The notes beneath the pieces are model-generated. The model was not told the DNA's origin. It saw only the letters and a program-made list of their open reading frames with translations, and ran no database searches. From the IMG/VR virus record IMGVR_UViG_3300050343_000089, positions 1,679-65,678 of that record: DNA of 64,000 bases, one strand, 5' to 3'. Shown in pieces: positions 39,598-53,691 of this stretch. The DNA is from a virus. Its lineage: Duplodnaviria > Caudoviricetes. The translations under genes were made by a program, and so were the position numbers. Position 1 is the first letter of the stretch; each line of letters opens with the position of its first letter.

Positions 39598-39729
39598 TTG
39601 AAGATAAGCAGCTATACATAAGATATGCACTAGCTGACAAACTAAACAAAACCTTAGCTGAAATTGAAGAGATTACAGTAGAGGAGTTTCAAGGATGGTT
39701 GGCTTATCTTGAAATAAAGGAAGAAAGAA

Positions 39730-41661
39730 ATGGGAGCACTAACTAAATCAGATATTCATTTTTCTATTATAGGAAATGATCAGTCTGCTAAAGCTATAAA
39801 CAATTTTAAGAAAAATGTTAAAGGCACTGGTGCTGCATTATCAGGTCTAAGAAACGCCATCATGGCTGCTTTTAGTACAAGAGAAATTATTGAAGCGGCT
39901 AACGTAATGATAGGCGTTGAAAATAGGATGAACGCCTTGACTGGCAGTGCTGAAAAGACAGCTATAGCTATGAATCACATGAGAACAATAGCTTCTGATT
40001 CAAGATCAGATTTTGATGCTGTTGCAATGTTATATACAAGACTTTCTTTAGCTACAGAACATTTGGGTGCTACTCAAAGAGATGTTGCTGATGCTACTCA
40101 AACTGTAGCAAATACCTTTATTATTGCTGGCTCTCATGCTCAAGAGGCAAATAACTCTGCTAGACAGTTAGCACAGGGTTTAGCTTCAGGAGCTTTAAGA
40201 GGAGATGAGCTTAGATCAGTAATGGAAAACAACACCATTCTGACAAAAATGTTAGCTGATGGTTTAAACATGACTATTGGTGAGCTTAGAGAATTTGGTC
40301 ATGCTGGTAAACTAACAGCAGAAACAGTTATGCCAATTCTTATCAAAGGCACTAAAGAGACTAATGAGCAAATAGCAAAAATGCCTATGACTCTTGGACA
40401 GGCTGGCGTAGCTTTGCGTAATAATTTTCAATTTATGGTTGGAGATATACAAGAAGCAACTCAAGGTTTTTCAAAAATAGCAGGTGCAATTAATTTTGTT
40501 GCTGTTAATTTAGATGCTTTATTTATACCAGCACTTATTGCTGCTGGGTTTGCTGTAAAGGCATTGACTGTTGCAATCATGGCCAATCCTTTTGGTCTTA
40601 TTTTAACAGGTGTAACAACTGCTGTTATGGCAATATATGTTTTTAGAAACGAAATAAAAGACACTTTTAATGAGGTAATTCAAAGAGATATACCAAGACT
40701 TGTATTGCAATTTAAGGTTTTTGGTACGCAAGTAAAATTAGCGTTTGAACAAAAATTAATAATGCCAGTTAAAACTGCATTTACTGGTTTTATGAACTTT
40801 CTTTTTGACAGCATAAATAGTGGATTAGAGAGAATAGATGGTGTTCTTGATAAATTACCAAACATGGTAAAAGATAAACTAGGTATACAAGATTTACCTA
40901 AAATTAATTTATTACCAAGTCCTGAAGATGGTTCATTAGAAATAGAAGAACAAATATCTGCATATCTTGCAGAGATAGAAAAAATAACAGGAAAGGTTAT
41001 TGAAAAGTCAGACATCCCAAGTATTACTGAAATGTTATTTGGTAAAAGAAATGAAGATGAGGGAGATGGCGTTACAGGGTTTAAACCTTTAACTGCATTT
41101 GAAACTTTTATGAAAGATGCGGAAAGAGGTTATAAAAAATTCTATAGTGGTATAAAAAGCATGGAAGATGAAATGCAGGGTGTGTTCAAAAAGTCTTATG
41201 ATGGCATAACAAACCTAACAATGGATTTCTTAGAAAATGGTAAAGCATCCTTTAAAGACTATGCTACAACTATAGTAAAAGAGCTAATAAGAATAGCTTT
41301 ACAAAAATTAGTTATTGATAAGATGTTTGCATCTTTTGGCGGTTTGTTTAAAAAGCCAACAATAGACACATCATCACTATCACTACCCACAACCATTCCT
41401 GATTTTGATGGTGGTGGTTATACAGGTGGAGGTGCTAGAGCTGGTGGATTAGATGGAAAAGGTGGTAGTCTTGCTATGGTTCATCCTAATGAAACTGTAA
41501 TAGATCATACTAAAGGACAAGGTATGGGTGCTACAGTAAACTTCAACATATCAACAGTAGATGCTGCTGGATTTGATCAGTTACTAGCATCAAGAAAAGG
41601 ATTGATAACATCAATCATAAACAATGCCATGAATAATCAAGGCAAAATGGGAATAGTATAA
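39730..41661 (+). CDS. Tape measure protein (643 aa)
   Basis: Tape-measure N-terminal motif; C-terminal FDGGGYTG...MVHPNETVIDHTKGQ. Confidence 0.9.
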   Translation: MGALTKSDIHFSIIGNDQSAKAINNFKKNVKGTGAALSGLRNAIMAAFSTREIIEAANVMIGVENRMNALTGSAEKTAIAMNHMRTIASDSRSDFDAVAMLYTRLSLATEHLGATQRDVADATQTVANTFIIAGSHAQEANNSARQLAQGLASGALRGDELRSVMENNTILTKMLADGLNMTIGELREFGHAGKLTAETVMPILIKGTKETNEQIAKMPMTLGQAGVALRNNFQFMVGDIQEATQGFSKIAGAINFVAVNLDALFIPALIAAGFAVKALTVAIMANPFGLILTGVTTAVMAIYVFRNEIKDTFNEVIQRDIPRLVLQFKVFGTQVKLAFEQKLIMPVKTAFTGFMNFLFDSINSGLERIDGVLDKLPNMVKDKLGIQDLPKINLLPSPEDGSLEIEEQISAYLAEIEKITGKVIEKSDIPSITEMLFGKRNEDEGDGVTGFKPLTAFETFMKDAERGYKKFYSGIKSMEDEMQGVFKKSYDGITNLTMDFLENGKASFKDYATTIVKELIRIALQKLVIDKMFASFGGLFKKPTIDTSSLSLPTTIPDFDGGGYTGGGARAGGLDGKGGSLAMVHPNETVIDHTKGQGMGATVNFNISTVDAAGFDQLLASRKGLITSIINNAMNNQGKMGIV

Positions 41662-42266
41662 TGTCAGGACAATTTCCAACAGACCCAAATTTTAGAAGTC
41701 TTAACTTTAAAGACAATAGACCTACTCTATTGAATCAAACACTATCAGGTAAAAAACAAGTCAGACAAATAGGTGCTCAGTATTTTTCTTTTACAGTTGC
41801 AATGCCACCATTACAACAAGAAAAAGCTCAGGAAATATTTGCATTTTTACAAAAACAAAAAGGTTCTTTTGAGGACTTTACAATAGTTGCACCACTAGAT
41901 AACTTAGGTGCAGGCAAGTCAGAAACAGATATACAAGTGGTTGGAGCACATACATCAGGAGATGCTTCTATAGCCTTAGATGGCTTTACAGCCAACCAAA
42001 CAGGTGCTTTAAAGGCTGGAGATTTAATTAAGTTTGCAAATCATAGCAAGGTATACATGGTTCAATCAGATATTGATTCTAATGGTAGTGGGGCATTGAC
42101 TGTTCTTATATCGCCTAATTTAGTAACAGCTTTAACTGACAATGTTGCAGTTACTGTAAACAAACCAAGTTTTACTGTATATTTAGAAAACAACGAAATT
42201 GTTTATTCAACAGATGCTAATGGTTTTTACAGTATTTCATTTGATGTTAGAGAGGTTATAACCTAA
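41661..42266 (+). CDS. Distal tail (Dit-like) protein
   Basis: Homologue of 6691-7296. Confidence 0.65.
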   Translation: MSGQFPTDPNFRSLNFKDNRPTLLNQTLSGKKQVRQIGAQYFSFTVAMPPLQQEKAQEIFAFLQKQKGSFEDFTIVAPLDNLGAGKSETDIQVVGAHTSGDASIALDGFTANQTGALKAGDLIKFANHSKVYMVQSDIDSNGSGALTVLISPNLVTALTDNVAVTVNKPSFTVYLENNEIVYSTDANGFYSISFDVREVIT

Positions 42267-42819
42267 TGCCAAGAAGTTTATCTACTGATCTACAAACTCA
42301 AGTATCATCAACAGCAACTAAGACAGCTTTTTTAGTTGAGCTTAATTTATCATCTACTATTAGATTAACTGATTGGTATTCTAATGTTACTTATAACTCT
42401 AATAGCTATGAAGCTGGAGGTTCTTTTTTAACTGTTGATTCAACAACTGAAACAGGCAATTACAAGTTGATGAAATTAATTTGGGATTTTCAAATATTAC
42501 AGATCAGGTAAGGTCTTTAGTTCAAGATGGTTCTTTTACAGATAAAACAGTAGAAATTTATATGGCTTATTTTAATGAAGATGAGACTATTGTAGGTGCA
42601 ATAAACTTTTTTACAGGGCAAATAAGAAATGTATCTATACAAGAAAATATTAAAGATTCAACATTAAATATGACTGTAGCTTCACATTGGGCAAATTGGA
42701 ACTTAACTAAAGGAAGACATTATTCTGATGAATCACAACAAGGCTTTAGCACAGGAGATAAAGGTTTTGAGTTTGCTACTCAAGTTAAATCAGATGTAAG
42801 GTGGGGTGTAAATGGCTAA
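42266..42819 (+). CDS. Tail tip/hub protein (frameshift near 42460)
   Basis: Homologue of 7296-7844. Confidence 0.6.
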
Positions 42820-45800
42820 TCCTTTTGTAACATTTTTTAATGGGCAGGGTTACGCTAGTAGAAGCTTGGAAGACTTTTGCTGATACCTTAGGGAAAATAA
42901 ATATGGTGCTTACAGCAGCAACTTGGCTGTTGGTGTTAAAGGCTTTATGCAAGCTAGACAGATGATGGCTAAAGGCCAAGATATCTTAGCTAACAAAACC
43001 TCTGCTGGTGGAAAATTGCCTGTTATATATGGAACTCGTAGGGTTGGTGCTCAGATTATATATATGGATGTATCTGCTAATGATTCAAGAGATTTATATG
43101 TTGTCTATGCTTTATCAGTTGGTGAATGTGATGAAATACTAGGTAGGACTATTGAGCTTGATGGCAATCCTTTAACTGACTCTGCAAGATTTAGAGATGG
43201 GGGTTATATAGGTTCAGATAAGATATCTTCAGGCTCAGGCTCATTAAATACAGTTTCACAAAATGGCACTGGTATTGATGCTGGTGCTGGTCAATTTGGT
43301 ACAAGTCCTACACAAAAATATAGATATGTTATGAATCTACATCATGGAGCTGCAACACAAACAGCAGACCCTATGCTTGTAGCTTCTATGCCTAATTGGA
43401 CTTCAGCACACAAACTAAATGGTGTTTGTTATATAGCAGCTCATTATGGCTATGATAAAGAAGGTATTTGGAAAGGAGTTCCACAACTAACAGTTCAAGT
43501 TAGAGGTAAAAAAGTATTTGACCCAAGAGACACAAATCAAACATTTGGAACTGTATCTACTTATGAATATTCAGATAATCCAGCTTTAACCTTCTTAGAT
43601 TACATAACCAATAATGAATATGGTAAAGGTTTAACACAATCACAAATAAACATGAGCACATTTACTGCTGCTGCTAATGTTTGTGACACAGAAGTTGACC
43701 AACCTTATTTTAATGGTTCAGCACAATCTCTTACTTGGTCAGGTAACGCTGGAGATGACTTTATAACTATTGGTGGAACTGACCCCAACACTAACTGGTG
43801 GCAAAACAAAGTTGGAGAAATAGTAGATATTAATGATGCTAATGGGAATCTTATTGTAGATGGCAAAGAAATTAAAGACGTTCAGAGAAATGGGTTCTAT
43901 GATCAAAATGATGAATATATTGTTTATATAAATGACACACTAGGCTCAACATATTCTTCACAAACAGGCTCTTCTTTAGTTAAAGTAAAAAGATTTCATT
44001 GTAATGGCTATTTAGATGCTAATAAGAATGTCATGGATAATGCAAAAGAGCTTCTTGCAAATATGCGTGGTATCTTTCTTTATATAGATGGTAAGTATGA
44101 ATTATCAATAGAAGACACAGGAACATCAACATTTAGTATCAACGATAATCATATAATTGCTGATGCTGGTATATCAGTTGATTATGGCAATAAAGACAAA
44201 AAAGCAAATAAAGTTATAGTTGAATTTTTTAATGCCAATAAAAGATATGAATTAGATACAGCTACAGTTTTACATGATGCAAGTCCTGAATATTATTCAG
44301 ATGATGGTGATGAGATATTGAAATTAAAGCTGAGTTCCCTTATATAAGCGACCCTTACATAGCCTACAACATGGGTAAGGCAATCTTAACTAGAAGTAGA
44401 AATCAGACCACTATGCAGTTCTTAGGAACTCCTGAGATGTATAAATTAAATGTAGGGAGACATAGTAGATTTAACTTATGCAGGTTTAGGATTTTCAGGA
44501 AAAGTTTGTAGAGTTGAAGCATTAGAATTGCAATCTAATGGTTTGGTTGCAGTTAGTTTAATAGAATACTTTGATGTCTATACATGGGAAGTACCACCTC
44601 AAGAACCAGTAGAAGAGTTAGCTAACCTACCTTCTGCTTATGCAGTTAAAGCTCCAACAGGATTATCATTTACTGATACTGATTCTAGTTCTACAGGTAG
44701 ACCATTCTTATCTTGGAATGAACCAACAGATTTTCCTAACTATCAATATAGAATCAATGTTGTAGATAGTTCTAGCAATCAAGTTATAAACAAAATAGTA
44801 GATGTAGAGAATTGTGATCTTAACTTTTTGCCTGTTGATACTAATTATGTTGCTAGTGTTAGCTCACTTAATACATTAGGCTCAGAATCATCTCCAGCGA
44901 CTTTAACCTTTACTATTGGTGATGCTCCTACAGCAACTCCTGATATTAAAGATAGTGCAATTGTTACAGATAAAATTAATAATTTAGCTATAACTACAGG
45001 AAAAATTGCAGACTTAGCCATAACTAATGCAAAGATAGCTAATGCAATTATTGATACAGCAAAAATAGCTGATGCTAGTATCACAACTGCAAAGATAGAA
45101 AATTTAGCTGTCACTGATGCAAAAATTAATTCATTAACAGCAAACAAACTCACAGCAGGAAGTATAGATGCTAGTCAGATTACAGTTACTAATTTAGATG
45201 CTGATAATATAAGTGCTGGCACTTTAAATGCAAATAGAATACAAATAGATGATGTGACTTTAGATACTGATGGAAGTGGTAATCTAATTATTAAATCAGG
45301 TGGTGTAGATACAGAGCAAATAGCAAATGGTGCTATTACAACAGTTTTAATAAATGATGATGCTATTAGTACAGCTAAGATTATTGATAATGCAGTTACT
45401 AATGCTCTTATAGCTACTGATGCTGTCAATCAAGACAGTATTGCTGCTAATGCTGTTACTGCAACTGAAATTATTGCTGGTGCTATAACCTCATCTAAAT
45501 TGTCAGCAAGTGCTGTTGTAGCAGGTAAGATTGCTGCTAATGCGATTGAAGCAGGAACAATTGCTGCTAATGCTGTCACTGCAAACACAATTGATGTAAG
45601 TAATCTATCAGCTATATCTGCTGACATGGGTTCTATTACTGCTGGTAGTTTAAATATTGGATCAGGCAATTTTACTGTTTCCACAGCAGGGGTAATGACT
45701 GCAACAGGTGCAACAATATCAGGAGCTATAACAGCTACAAGTGGTACATTTACAGGTGATATAGTTGCTAATAATTTAAACATTTCTAGTGCAACTGTTA

Positions 45801-46468
45801 CAGGCACACTTAATGCTAACAATATTCAAATAGATGATGTGACTTTAGATACTGATGGAAGTGGTAATCTAATTATTAAATCAGGTGGAGTAGATACAAC
45901 TCAGATAGCTAGTAACGCTGTTACTAATGATAAAGTACAAAGCATATCAGCTACCAAGATAACAACAGATCAATTAGATGCAGCTAGAATTAATGTTGAT
46001 ACTTTAAATGTAAAACATTTTGCAGATGTATCTGCTGATATTATTTCTCATACAGGTTCAGCAGTTCCTTTATCAACTTTTGCTAGTGCTTTTCAAAGAG
46101 GTTCAACAAACTTTACAACCATAACATCAACAACAGGAACTTATTTAAGTTCATGTGTAGTAGATGATGTTAGAGATGGTGCTTCATATCAAGCAATTTG
46201 GACTGGTGTTTATGGTGACTGTACAAATGGTGTTTTAGAATACAGTGTAAATGGTGGCTCTACATATACTCAAGCAGCAGGTGGTATACAAAATGTTACT
46301 ATGGCAGCAGGAACATTTAGAACCTATCTTTTTGCTTATAATGGAACTATCTCAGGACTGCCAACCTCAGGAACAAATGCTAATAAAGTATATTGGAGAG
46401 TAAGATGGATAACAAAATTAAGAAGTACATACCAATCACTTTATGTATTTATAGATAACACTCAATAA
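42812..46468 (+). CDS. Central tail tip/host-specificity (gpJ-like) protein with AITTAKI-repeat fibre extension, split by indels
   Basis: ORFs 42923-44347 and 44528-46468; C-terminal part differs from copy A. Confidence 0.75.
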
Positions 46469-46469
46469 A

Positions 46470-46847
46470 ATGAAAACAATAATAGAATACACAACATATA
46501 ACACTGCAACAGGAGAAGTCTTAGAGAGTGGTGCAACAAATGTGGCATTATCTGAAATACCTTTACAAGAAGGTCAATCAATAATAGAGGGTGTTTATGC
46601 AGTTGAAGAATATAAAATTATTGATGGTGAAGCAGTAGAACAAACTATAGATTTTTGGCAAACAATTAGAATACAAAGAAACGAATTATTAAAAGAATCA
46701 GACTGGACTCAAGTAAATGACTGCCCTTTATCTGATTCCAAAAAACAAGAATGGGCAACATATAGGCAGGAATTAAGGGATTTACCATCTTCACAACAAG
46801 CAAGTGATAATATTGCTGATGTGATATTTCCAACCATCCCTGAATGA
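46470..46847 (+). CDS. Tail fibre assembly chaperone
   Basis: IRIQRNELLKESDWTQ..D.P....WATYRQELRDLP. Confidence 0.8.
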   Translation: MKTIIEYTTYNTATGEVLESGATNVALSEIPLQEGQSIIEGVYAVEEYKIIDGEAVEQTIDFWQTIRIQRNELLKESDWTQVNDCPLSDSKKQEWATYRQELRDLPSSQQASDNIADVIFPTIPE

Positions 46848-46875
46848 TTTAAGATATATAAAATAGGATTTTATT

Positions 46876-49800
46876 ATGGCACAACACGATTACAACATAG
46901 CAAACCAATCAGGTGCAGACTTTAGGGCAGATTTAAACAATGCTCTTTTAGCTATTGCAACTGTTAATAGCGGTTCAACAGAACCATCAACTACATTTGC
47001 TCATCAATTATGGGTAGATACATCTAGCAGTGTATTAAAGATCAGAAATGCTGCTGATAATGCTTGGATTACTACAGGTGTTAGTATTACTGCATCTAAT
47101 ACATTTACAGGCGATTTAACAGGTAATGTTACTGGTAACTTAACAGGTAATGTTACAGGTAATGTTACTGGAGACTTAACAGGTAATGCAGATTCTGCTG
47201 ATATATTAACTACAGCTAGAACCATATCTTTATCAGGTGATGTAGTAGGTTCAGTATCTTTTGATGGTAGTACTAATGTTGATATAGATACAGTAGTGCA
47301 AATCAATTCAATAACATTAGGAACTGATACAACTGGTGATTATGTTGAATCTATGTCAGGTGGTACTGGCGTAACAGTAACAGGTGGAACTGGAGAAGGT
47401 TCTACTCCTAGTATTGCTATAGGACAAGCTGTAGCTACAACTGATGATGTTACATTTAATACTGTTACTGCAACTGATGAATTTATTGGAGACATTGATG
47501 GGTCTGTTAGATTTACAGCAAAAGCAGATGAAGCACTTTCTAAGGGAGATATTATTTATGTATCAGGAGTATCAGGAAACACTCCAACAGTAGGCAAAGC
47601 AAAAGCTGATGATGCTTCTAAAATGCCTGCATTTGGTATAGCTGCTGAAGATGCTAATGCTAATACTAATTTGCAAATAGTTACACTGGGTAACTTAATT
47701 AATGTTGATACTTCAAATGAATCAGTTGGTGAAATACTTTATGTATCTACAACAGCAGGTGAATATTCCACAACAGCTCCAACTGGAGAATCATCACAAA
47801 TACAAAACATAGGTAAGGTGTTAAGAAGTCATGCTGTTAATGGTTCTATTAAAGTAGGTGGTGCTGGAAGAAGTAACGCTACTCCTAACTTAGATAATGG
47901 CAAGATATTTATAGGTAATGGTTCTAATCAATCAACTACTGCAACTTTAGATACTTCTATTGTTGTTGAAAATACTAACCTTTACTATACAACTGCTAGA
48001 GCAAATACAGATTTTGATTCAAGACTAGCTACTAAAGATACTGGAGACTTAACTGAAGGTAGCAATTTATATTACACAACAGCTAGGGTTAATACAGATT
48101 TTGATACTAGGTTAGCTACTAAAGATACAGGTGACTTATCTGAAGGCTCTAATCTTTACTATACAGATGCAAGAGTAAATTCTGCATTTGATACTAGACT
48201 AGCCACTAAAGATACAGATGATGTATCAGAAGGAACTACTAACCTTTATTATACAACATCAAGAACAAATACAGATTTTGATACTAGACTTGGAACTAAA
48301 TCTACAAGTGATTTAGCAGAAGGTACTAATTTATATTACACATCAGCTAGATTTGATTCTGCTTTTACATCTAAAGATACAGATGATTTAAGTGAAGGAA
48401 CTACTAATCTATATTACACAACTACTAGATTTGATTCTGCTTTTGGTAATAAGACAACTGCTGATTTAACTGAAAACACAAATTTATACTATACAGATAC
48501 AAGAGCAAATTCAGCTATAGATGCAAGAGTAACTAAAGCATTTGTTGATGCTCTTAGGAATACAAGCAACAAGTGTTGCTGCCAATTCAGTAACACTTGG
48601 AATGACACTACAGGTAATTATATTCAAACTATTACAGGAACTGCTAATAAGATCACTGTATCAGGAAGTGGTAGTGAATCAGCAGACGTAACATTATCAT
48701 TACCTGATGATGTGCAAATTGCTGATAGCTTAACAGTAGCAGGTAATTTAACTGTTAATGGCACTCTAACGTCTTTAGACACAACCAATTTAGATATAGA
48801 AGATAACCTATTCCAACTTAATGCAGGTCTTACAGGAAGTCCTGTTAATGACTCAGGTATGCTTATTAATAGAGGTACTTCTGATAATAGTATCTTTATG
48901 TGGGATGAATCAGTTGATAAATTTACAATGGGTCTTACTACAGCAGATGGCAGTGCTACAGGAAACATAACACTTAACTCACTAGGAACTTTAGTGGTTA
49001 ATGTTGAGGGTAACTTAACAGGTAATGTTACTGGAACTGTCTCTAGCCTATCCAACCATGATACTGATGATCTAACTGAAGGCAGTAACCTTTACTATAC
49101 TCAAGCAAGATTTGATTCAGCCTTTACTGCTAAGTCTACAAGTGATTTATCAGAGGGTACTAATCTTTATTATACTGATGCTAGATTTGATACAAGACTA
49201 GCAAGTAAAGATACTGATGATGTATCTGAAGGCACTAGCAATCTTTACTATACTTCTACAAGATTTGATTCTGCATTTGGTGGCAAGTCTACAAGTGATC
49301 TATCAGAAGGTACTAATTTATATTATACAAGTGCAAGAGCTAACACTGATTTTGATACAAGACTTGCAACAAAAGACACTGGCAATTTATCAGAAGGACC
49401 TTTATTACACTGATTCTAGAAGATGCTAGAATCTACAAACAGGAGCTAACTTAGACTTATTACACTGATGCTTTATTACAGAGCTAGAGTACAAGCTGTT
49501 TCTATTAACAATGTTGTAGAAGATACAACTCCACAATTAGGTGGGAATTTAGATTTAAATTCAAGCGATATAACAGGTACTGGTGATATTAATATTACAG
49601 GTACTATTACTTCTTCAGGAAACATCACAGGTACATTAGCTACAGCAGCTCAACCTAATATTACAAGTCTTGGAACTCTGACAGCTCTTACTGGTGGTAC
49701 AGGAGATTTAAACTGGGATAGTGGAACTTTATTTGTAGATTCTTCTGCAAATGTTGTTGGCATAGGAGAAACTTCGCCTCAAGCTGGTTTAGAGTTAGCT

Positions 49801-52310
49801 TCTACTGCAAAAGGTATTTTTACATCAGGTGATGTTTATCCATATCCAACTGGTAATGCTTATATAAAAGTCAAAGGAACTAATGCAGAGCATAATTGGA
49901 TTGGTATAACTGGTGGCTATGAACAATCATCAGGTTCGGCTAATTTAATGCTACAACCAAATTTTAGACTTACAAATGAACAAGCAGGAAATTATATAGG
50001 CTCTGAAGCACAATCAATTACTACTGCTGATATAACTTTTGGTAAATTAGTAGGTGGTTCATCTACTTCAACCAATGCTACAAAATCTGAGTTTATGAGA
50101 ATAGACTCTAATGGTAATTTATTAGTTGGTACTACTTCTACAAATGGAGCAGTTTCAGGTGGTCGTATATTTAGTAATGGTCGTTTAGTTACTACAGTCA
50201 GTGGTCAAGCTCATTATTTTAATCGCTTATCATCAGATGGCGATATAGTTAGTTTTTACAAAGACAGCTCAGCAGTTGGAAGTATTGGTGTTGATGCATC
50301 AAATAATATGTATTTTGAATCTACTGCTTCTTCGCATACAGGATTAACCTTCCCTGATAATGCAATAGTTCCGAGAAAAGATGGAAGTAACAGCGATGCA
50401 GGTGTAGATTTAGGTGCTTCAGGTGTAAGATTTAAAGATCTCTACCTTTCAGGTACAGTACATGCTGTAAAAGCTGATATAGATATTTCAACTGATGCTA
50501 GATTAACAATTAATGATATTATTAGTGAAGTAGGTGATGGTAATGTAGCTTTACAAGCACAAAATTCTGCTGGTTCAGCTTTGAAGCCAATGGGTTTTAG
50601 AGCAGAAGATATAAGATTTGCTACAGGCTCATCAGAACGCCTTAGAATAGACTCATCAGGAGATTTAAATATAGTCAATACTGGGCAAGCAAGTCTTAAT
50701 TATACTACTGATGGCTCTCTTGATTATGCAAGAATTACAGGTGGAAAATCAGGTTCAGGTGTAGGAGATTTAAGATTCTTTACATACTCAGGTGGTATGG
50801 CAGAACGCCTTAGAATAGACTCATCAGGCAATGTTGGAATTGGAACTGCTAGTCCTGCACGATTACTTGAGGTTAGTGGTAATGGTGGAAAGTCAAGATT
50901 TACAAGAAGTGGTAGTGCTGGAACTACTATGGAGTTTTATGCAGGTGGTTCACAATCGGGTGGTATACAAGTTCAATCTACAGGTCTTGGTATAGGTGGT
51001 GGTGCAGGTGAAAATCATGTTTTCATAGACACTTCAGGAAATGTTGGAATTGGAGAAACCTCTCCTGATGGAGAACTTCATGTTAAAGGAACAGGTGGTG
51101 GAAATGGTGATATCTATGTTGAAAGAACATCAGGTGCAAAAATACACTTACAAGCACAGTCGGCTACAGGCATAATTGGCACAAAATCAAACCACGACTT
51201 AGCGTTTAAAACTAACGATACACAACGCATGAAAATAGACACATCAGGCAACTTGTTGGTGGGTACTACTGTAGCTAATCCAGCAGGTGCTAACTCTGTG
51301 GGTGTTGCTATTTCTTCTGGTTCATATGGTGGATTCATTGGTGTGACAAGAGATGGAAATACTCCTGTTGAAATTAATCGTAAGACTTCAGACGGAACTC
51401 TTATTACTTTCCGTAAAGACAGCTCAGCAGTTGGAAGTATTGGTACTGATGGCGGCTCTCTTGTAATTGGTGGTGGAGATGTTGGGATTGGGTTCTATCA
51501 AGGTTCTGATGCCCTTGTTCCAATAAATGGAGGAACAAGAGCTGTTAGAGATTCAGCAATTGACTTAGGTATGAGCGATGCGAAGTACAAAAACCTCTAC
51601 CTTTCAAATACTATAGGTAATGGTGCAGGAGAAGAAATAACCTTTAATAATGCACAAGATTATTTACGTTTTGACACAAGTGGTTCAGAAGCCATGAGAA
51701 TAGATGCTTCAGGCAACTTGTTGGTGGGTACTACTTCTGCTTATGGTTCATCAGGAGTTACACTAGATAATGATGGTGTTGTGTACTCAAAAAGAAGTGG
51801 GGGAATTGGACTCTACGTTGACAGAGAAACCAGTGATGGTGCGTTAGCAGAGTTTAGAAAAGATGGCTCATCAGTTGGAAATATTAATGTTGAAGGAGGA
51901 GAATTAGCTATTGGTCGCACTACTGCAGGATTACAGTTTTTAGGTAGTGAAGCAAGAATTAGACCATTTAACATATCTACTAATGCCGCAACAGACAATA
52001 CTATAGATTTAGGTCGTTCTAATACAAGATTTAATGATATCTACGCTACCAACGGAACTATACAAACTTCAGACAGAAACGAAAAACAAGACATAGAAGC
52101 TCTTAACAGATGCAGAGCAACTAGAGTTGCTGTTGCATGCTAAAGGACTGATTAAGAAGAGTTCAGATGGAAGTCTGCTGTTGAAGAAAAAGGCGATGAT
52201 GCTAGATTACCCACTTTGGTGTCATAGCTCAAGACTTACAAGATGCGTTTACTGCTGAAGGCCTTAGATGCAGGTGATTATGCTATGTTTATTAGCGACA
52301 CTTGGTGGGA
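46876..52310 (+). CDS. Very long tail fibre (probably one gene): GNVTG and DLSEGTNLYYT repeats, RIDSSGN repeats, S74 chaperone; garbled near 49400 and 52100-52310
   Basis: ORFs 46876-49413 and 49468-52143; TIQTSDRNEKQDI S74 start. Confidence 0.75.
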
Positions 52311-52350
52311 AGCATATAATTTAATTTTACTAAACTTATAGGAGAGAATA

Positions 52351-52617
52351 ATGAGTAATGAAGAAAATAATATGGAAAACCAAGACCCAGTAATAATCAC
52401 ATTTAATGATGTTGAATATAGACAGGCAGATTTAAACGAAGAGCAAATGACTCTTGCTGCTAAATTAAATGTTGCTGGTAAAAAATTAGCTAGACTACAA
52501 GAGGATTATGATGATTATGTCATAACGAATGAATACAAGAATATTTGTATTGAATCGTTTGATAGAGCTATCAACCCTAAAGATGTAGAAGAAGCTGAGG
52601 TTGTAGAGGAAGAATAA
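52351..52617 (+). CDS. Hypothetical acidic protein
   Basis: Homologue of 18501-18761. Confidence 0.7.
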   Translation: MSNEENNMENQDPVIITFNDVEYRQADLNEEQMTLAAKLNVAGKKLARLQEDYDDYVITNEYKNICIESFDRAINPKDVEEAEVVEEE

Positions 52618-52853
52618 TGCCTAGAGTCACCGCACAAGATATCGGAGTTGAATTAGAAAAACACGAAATCCAATGCGGTGAAAGATGGACTCAAAATTGG
52701 AATAGACTTAAAAAAATAGAAGAGCAAGTTAAAGATTTAGATGGTAAAACCGAAGCTAAACTCAACAAAATTGACTGGTCTATTAAAGGTGGTTTGGGTG
52801 CAGTGATATTAATACTATTAAGTGGCATTCTTACCTTGATTATTAAATTATGA
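52617..52853 (+). CDS. Coiled-coil plus transmembrane lysis-module protein
   Basis: Hydrophobic C-terminus; precedes the holin. Confidence 0.65.
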   Translation: MPRVTAQDIGVELEKHEIQCGERWTQNWNRLKKIEEQVKDLDGKTEAKLNKIDWSIKGGLGAVILILLSGILTLIIKL

Positions 52854-53241
52854 TAGATAAACTAATCCAACCAGTCAGTGACATTTTAGATAAATTTGTT
52901 GTTGATAAAGATTTAAAAACAAAACTATCTCATGAACTACAAAAAGAACTTATATCTTTGGATAAAGCACAAATTGCTAAACAAATTCTGAAGAAGCCAA
53001 AAACAGGAACTGGTTTGTATCAGGAGCAAGGCCATCAATTTTATGGATTTGCTCATTTAGTTTGGCTGTACATTATTGTGTATTGCCTATCGCAACTTGG
53101 ATAGCTGTTGCCAATGGAGTTGATTTAAAACTTGAAGCTCTTGAGTTTGATTTTTCACAACTTACTACAATCCTTCTGTCCCTTCTTGGGATGTCATCAC
53201 TTAGAACCTTTGAGAAAACAAAAGGCGTACACACAAAATAA
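52850..53241 (+). CDS. 3TM holin, divergent allele (frameshifted)
   Basis: N-terminus shared with 18994; FVSGARPSILWIC...LLGMSSLRTFEK in the shifted frame. Confidence 0.7.
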
Positions 53242-53242
53242 T

Positions 53243-53691
53243 ATGGATAAAATAAAAGAAATGTTGGTCAAGCATGAAGGCTTATCGGTTTGTCATGTTT
53301 ATGAAATGTCTTGCAAATCCGTATAAAAACAATAGGCGTAGGGCGTTGCTTAGACAAGAATGGCATATCAGAAGATGAAGCTATGTATCTACTTGATAAT
53401 GATATTAAAAGAGTCATAGAAAGCCTGGACAAGCACTGGCATGTTTGGAGAAGTTTCCCTGAACTTGCACAAATGGTTTGTGTTGATTGCACCTTTCAAA
53501 TGGGCATAACAGGATGGATGGCTTTTAGACATACAAGAGCACTTATGGAAATGGAGTGTTGGATAGAAGCATCAGAGGAAATACTTAGAAGCAAATATGC
53601 AAATCAGACCCCCAATAGAGCAGCTTATAATTCAAGACAGTTAGCCTTATGTCAAAATGCCAAGAAAAACATCAGATCAACATCAGGCTAA
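53243..53691 (+). CDS. GH24 lysozyme (5' part garbled)
   Basis: MDKIKEMLVKHEG start; 3' two-thirds near identical to 19367-19810. Confidence 0.75.
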
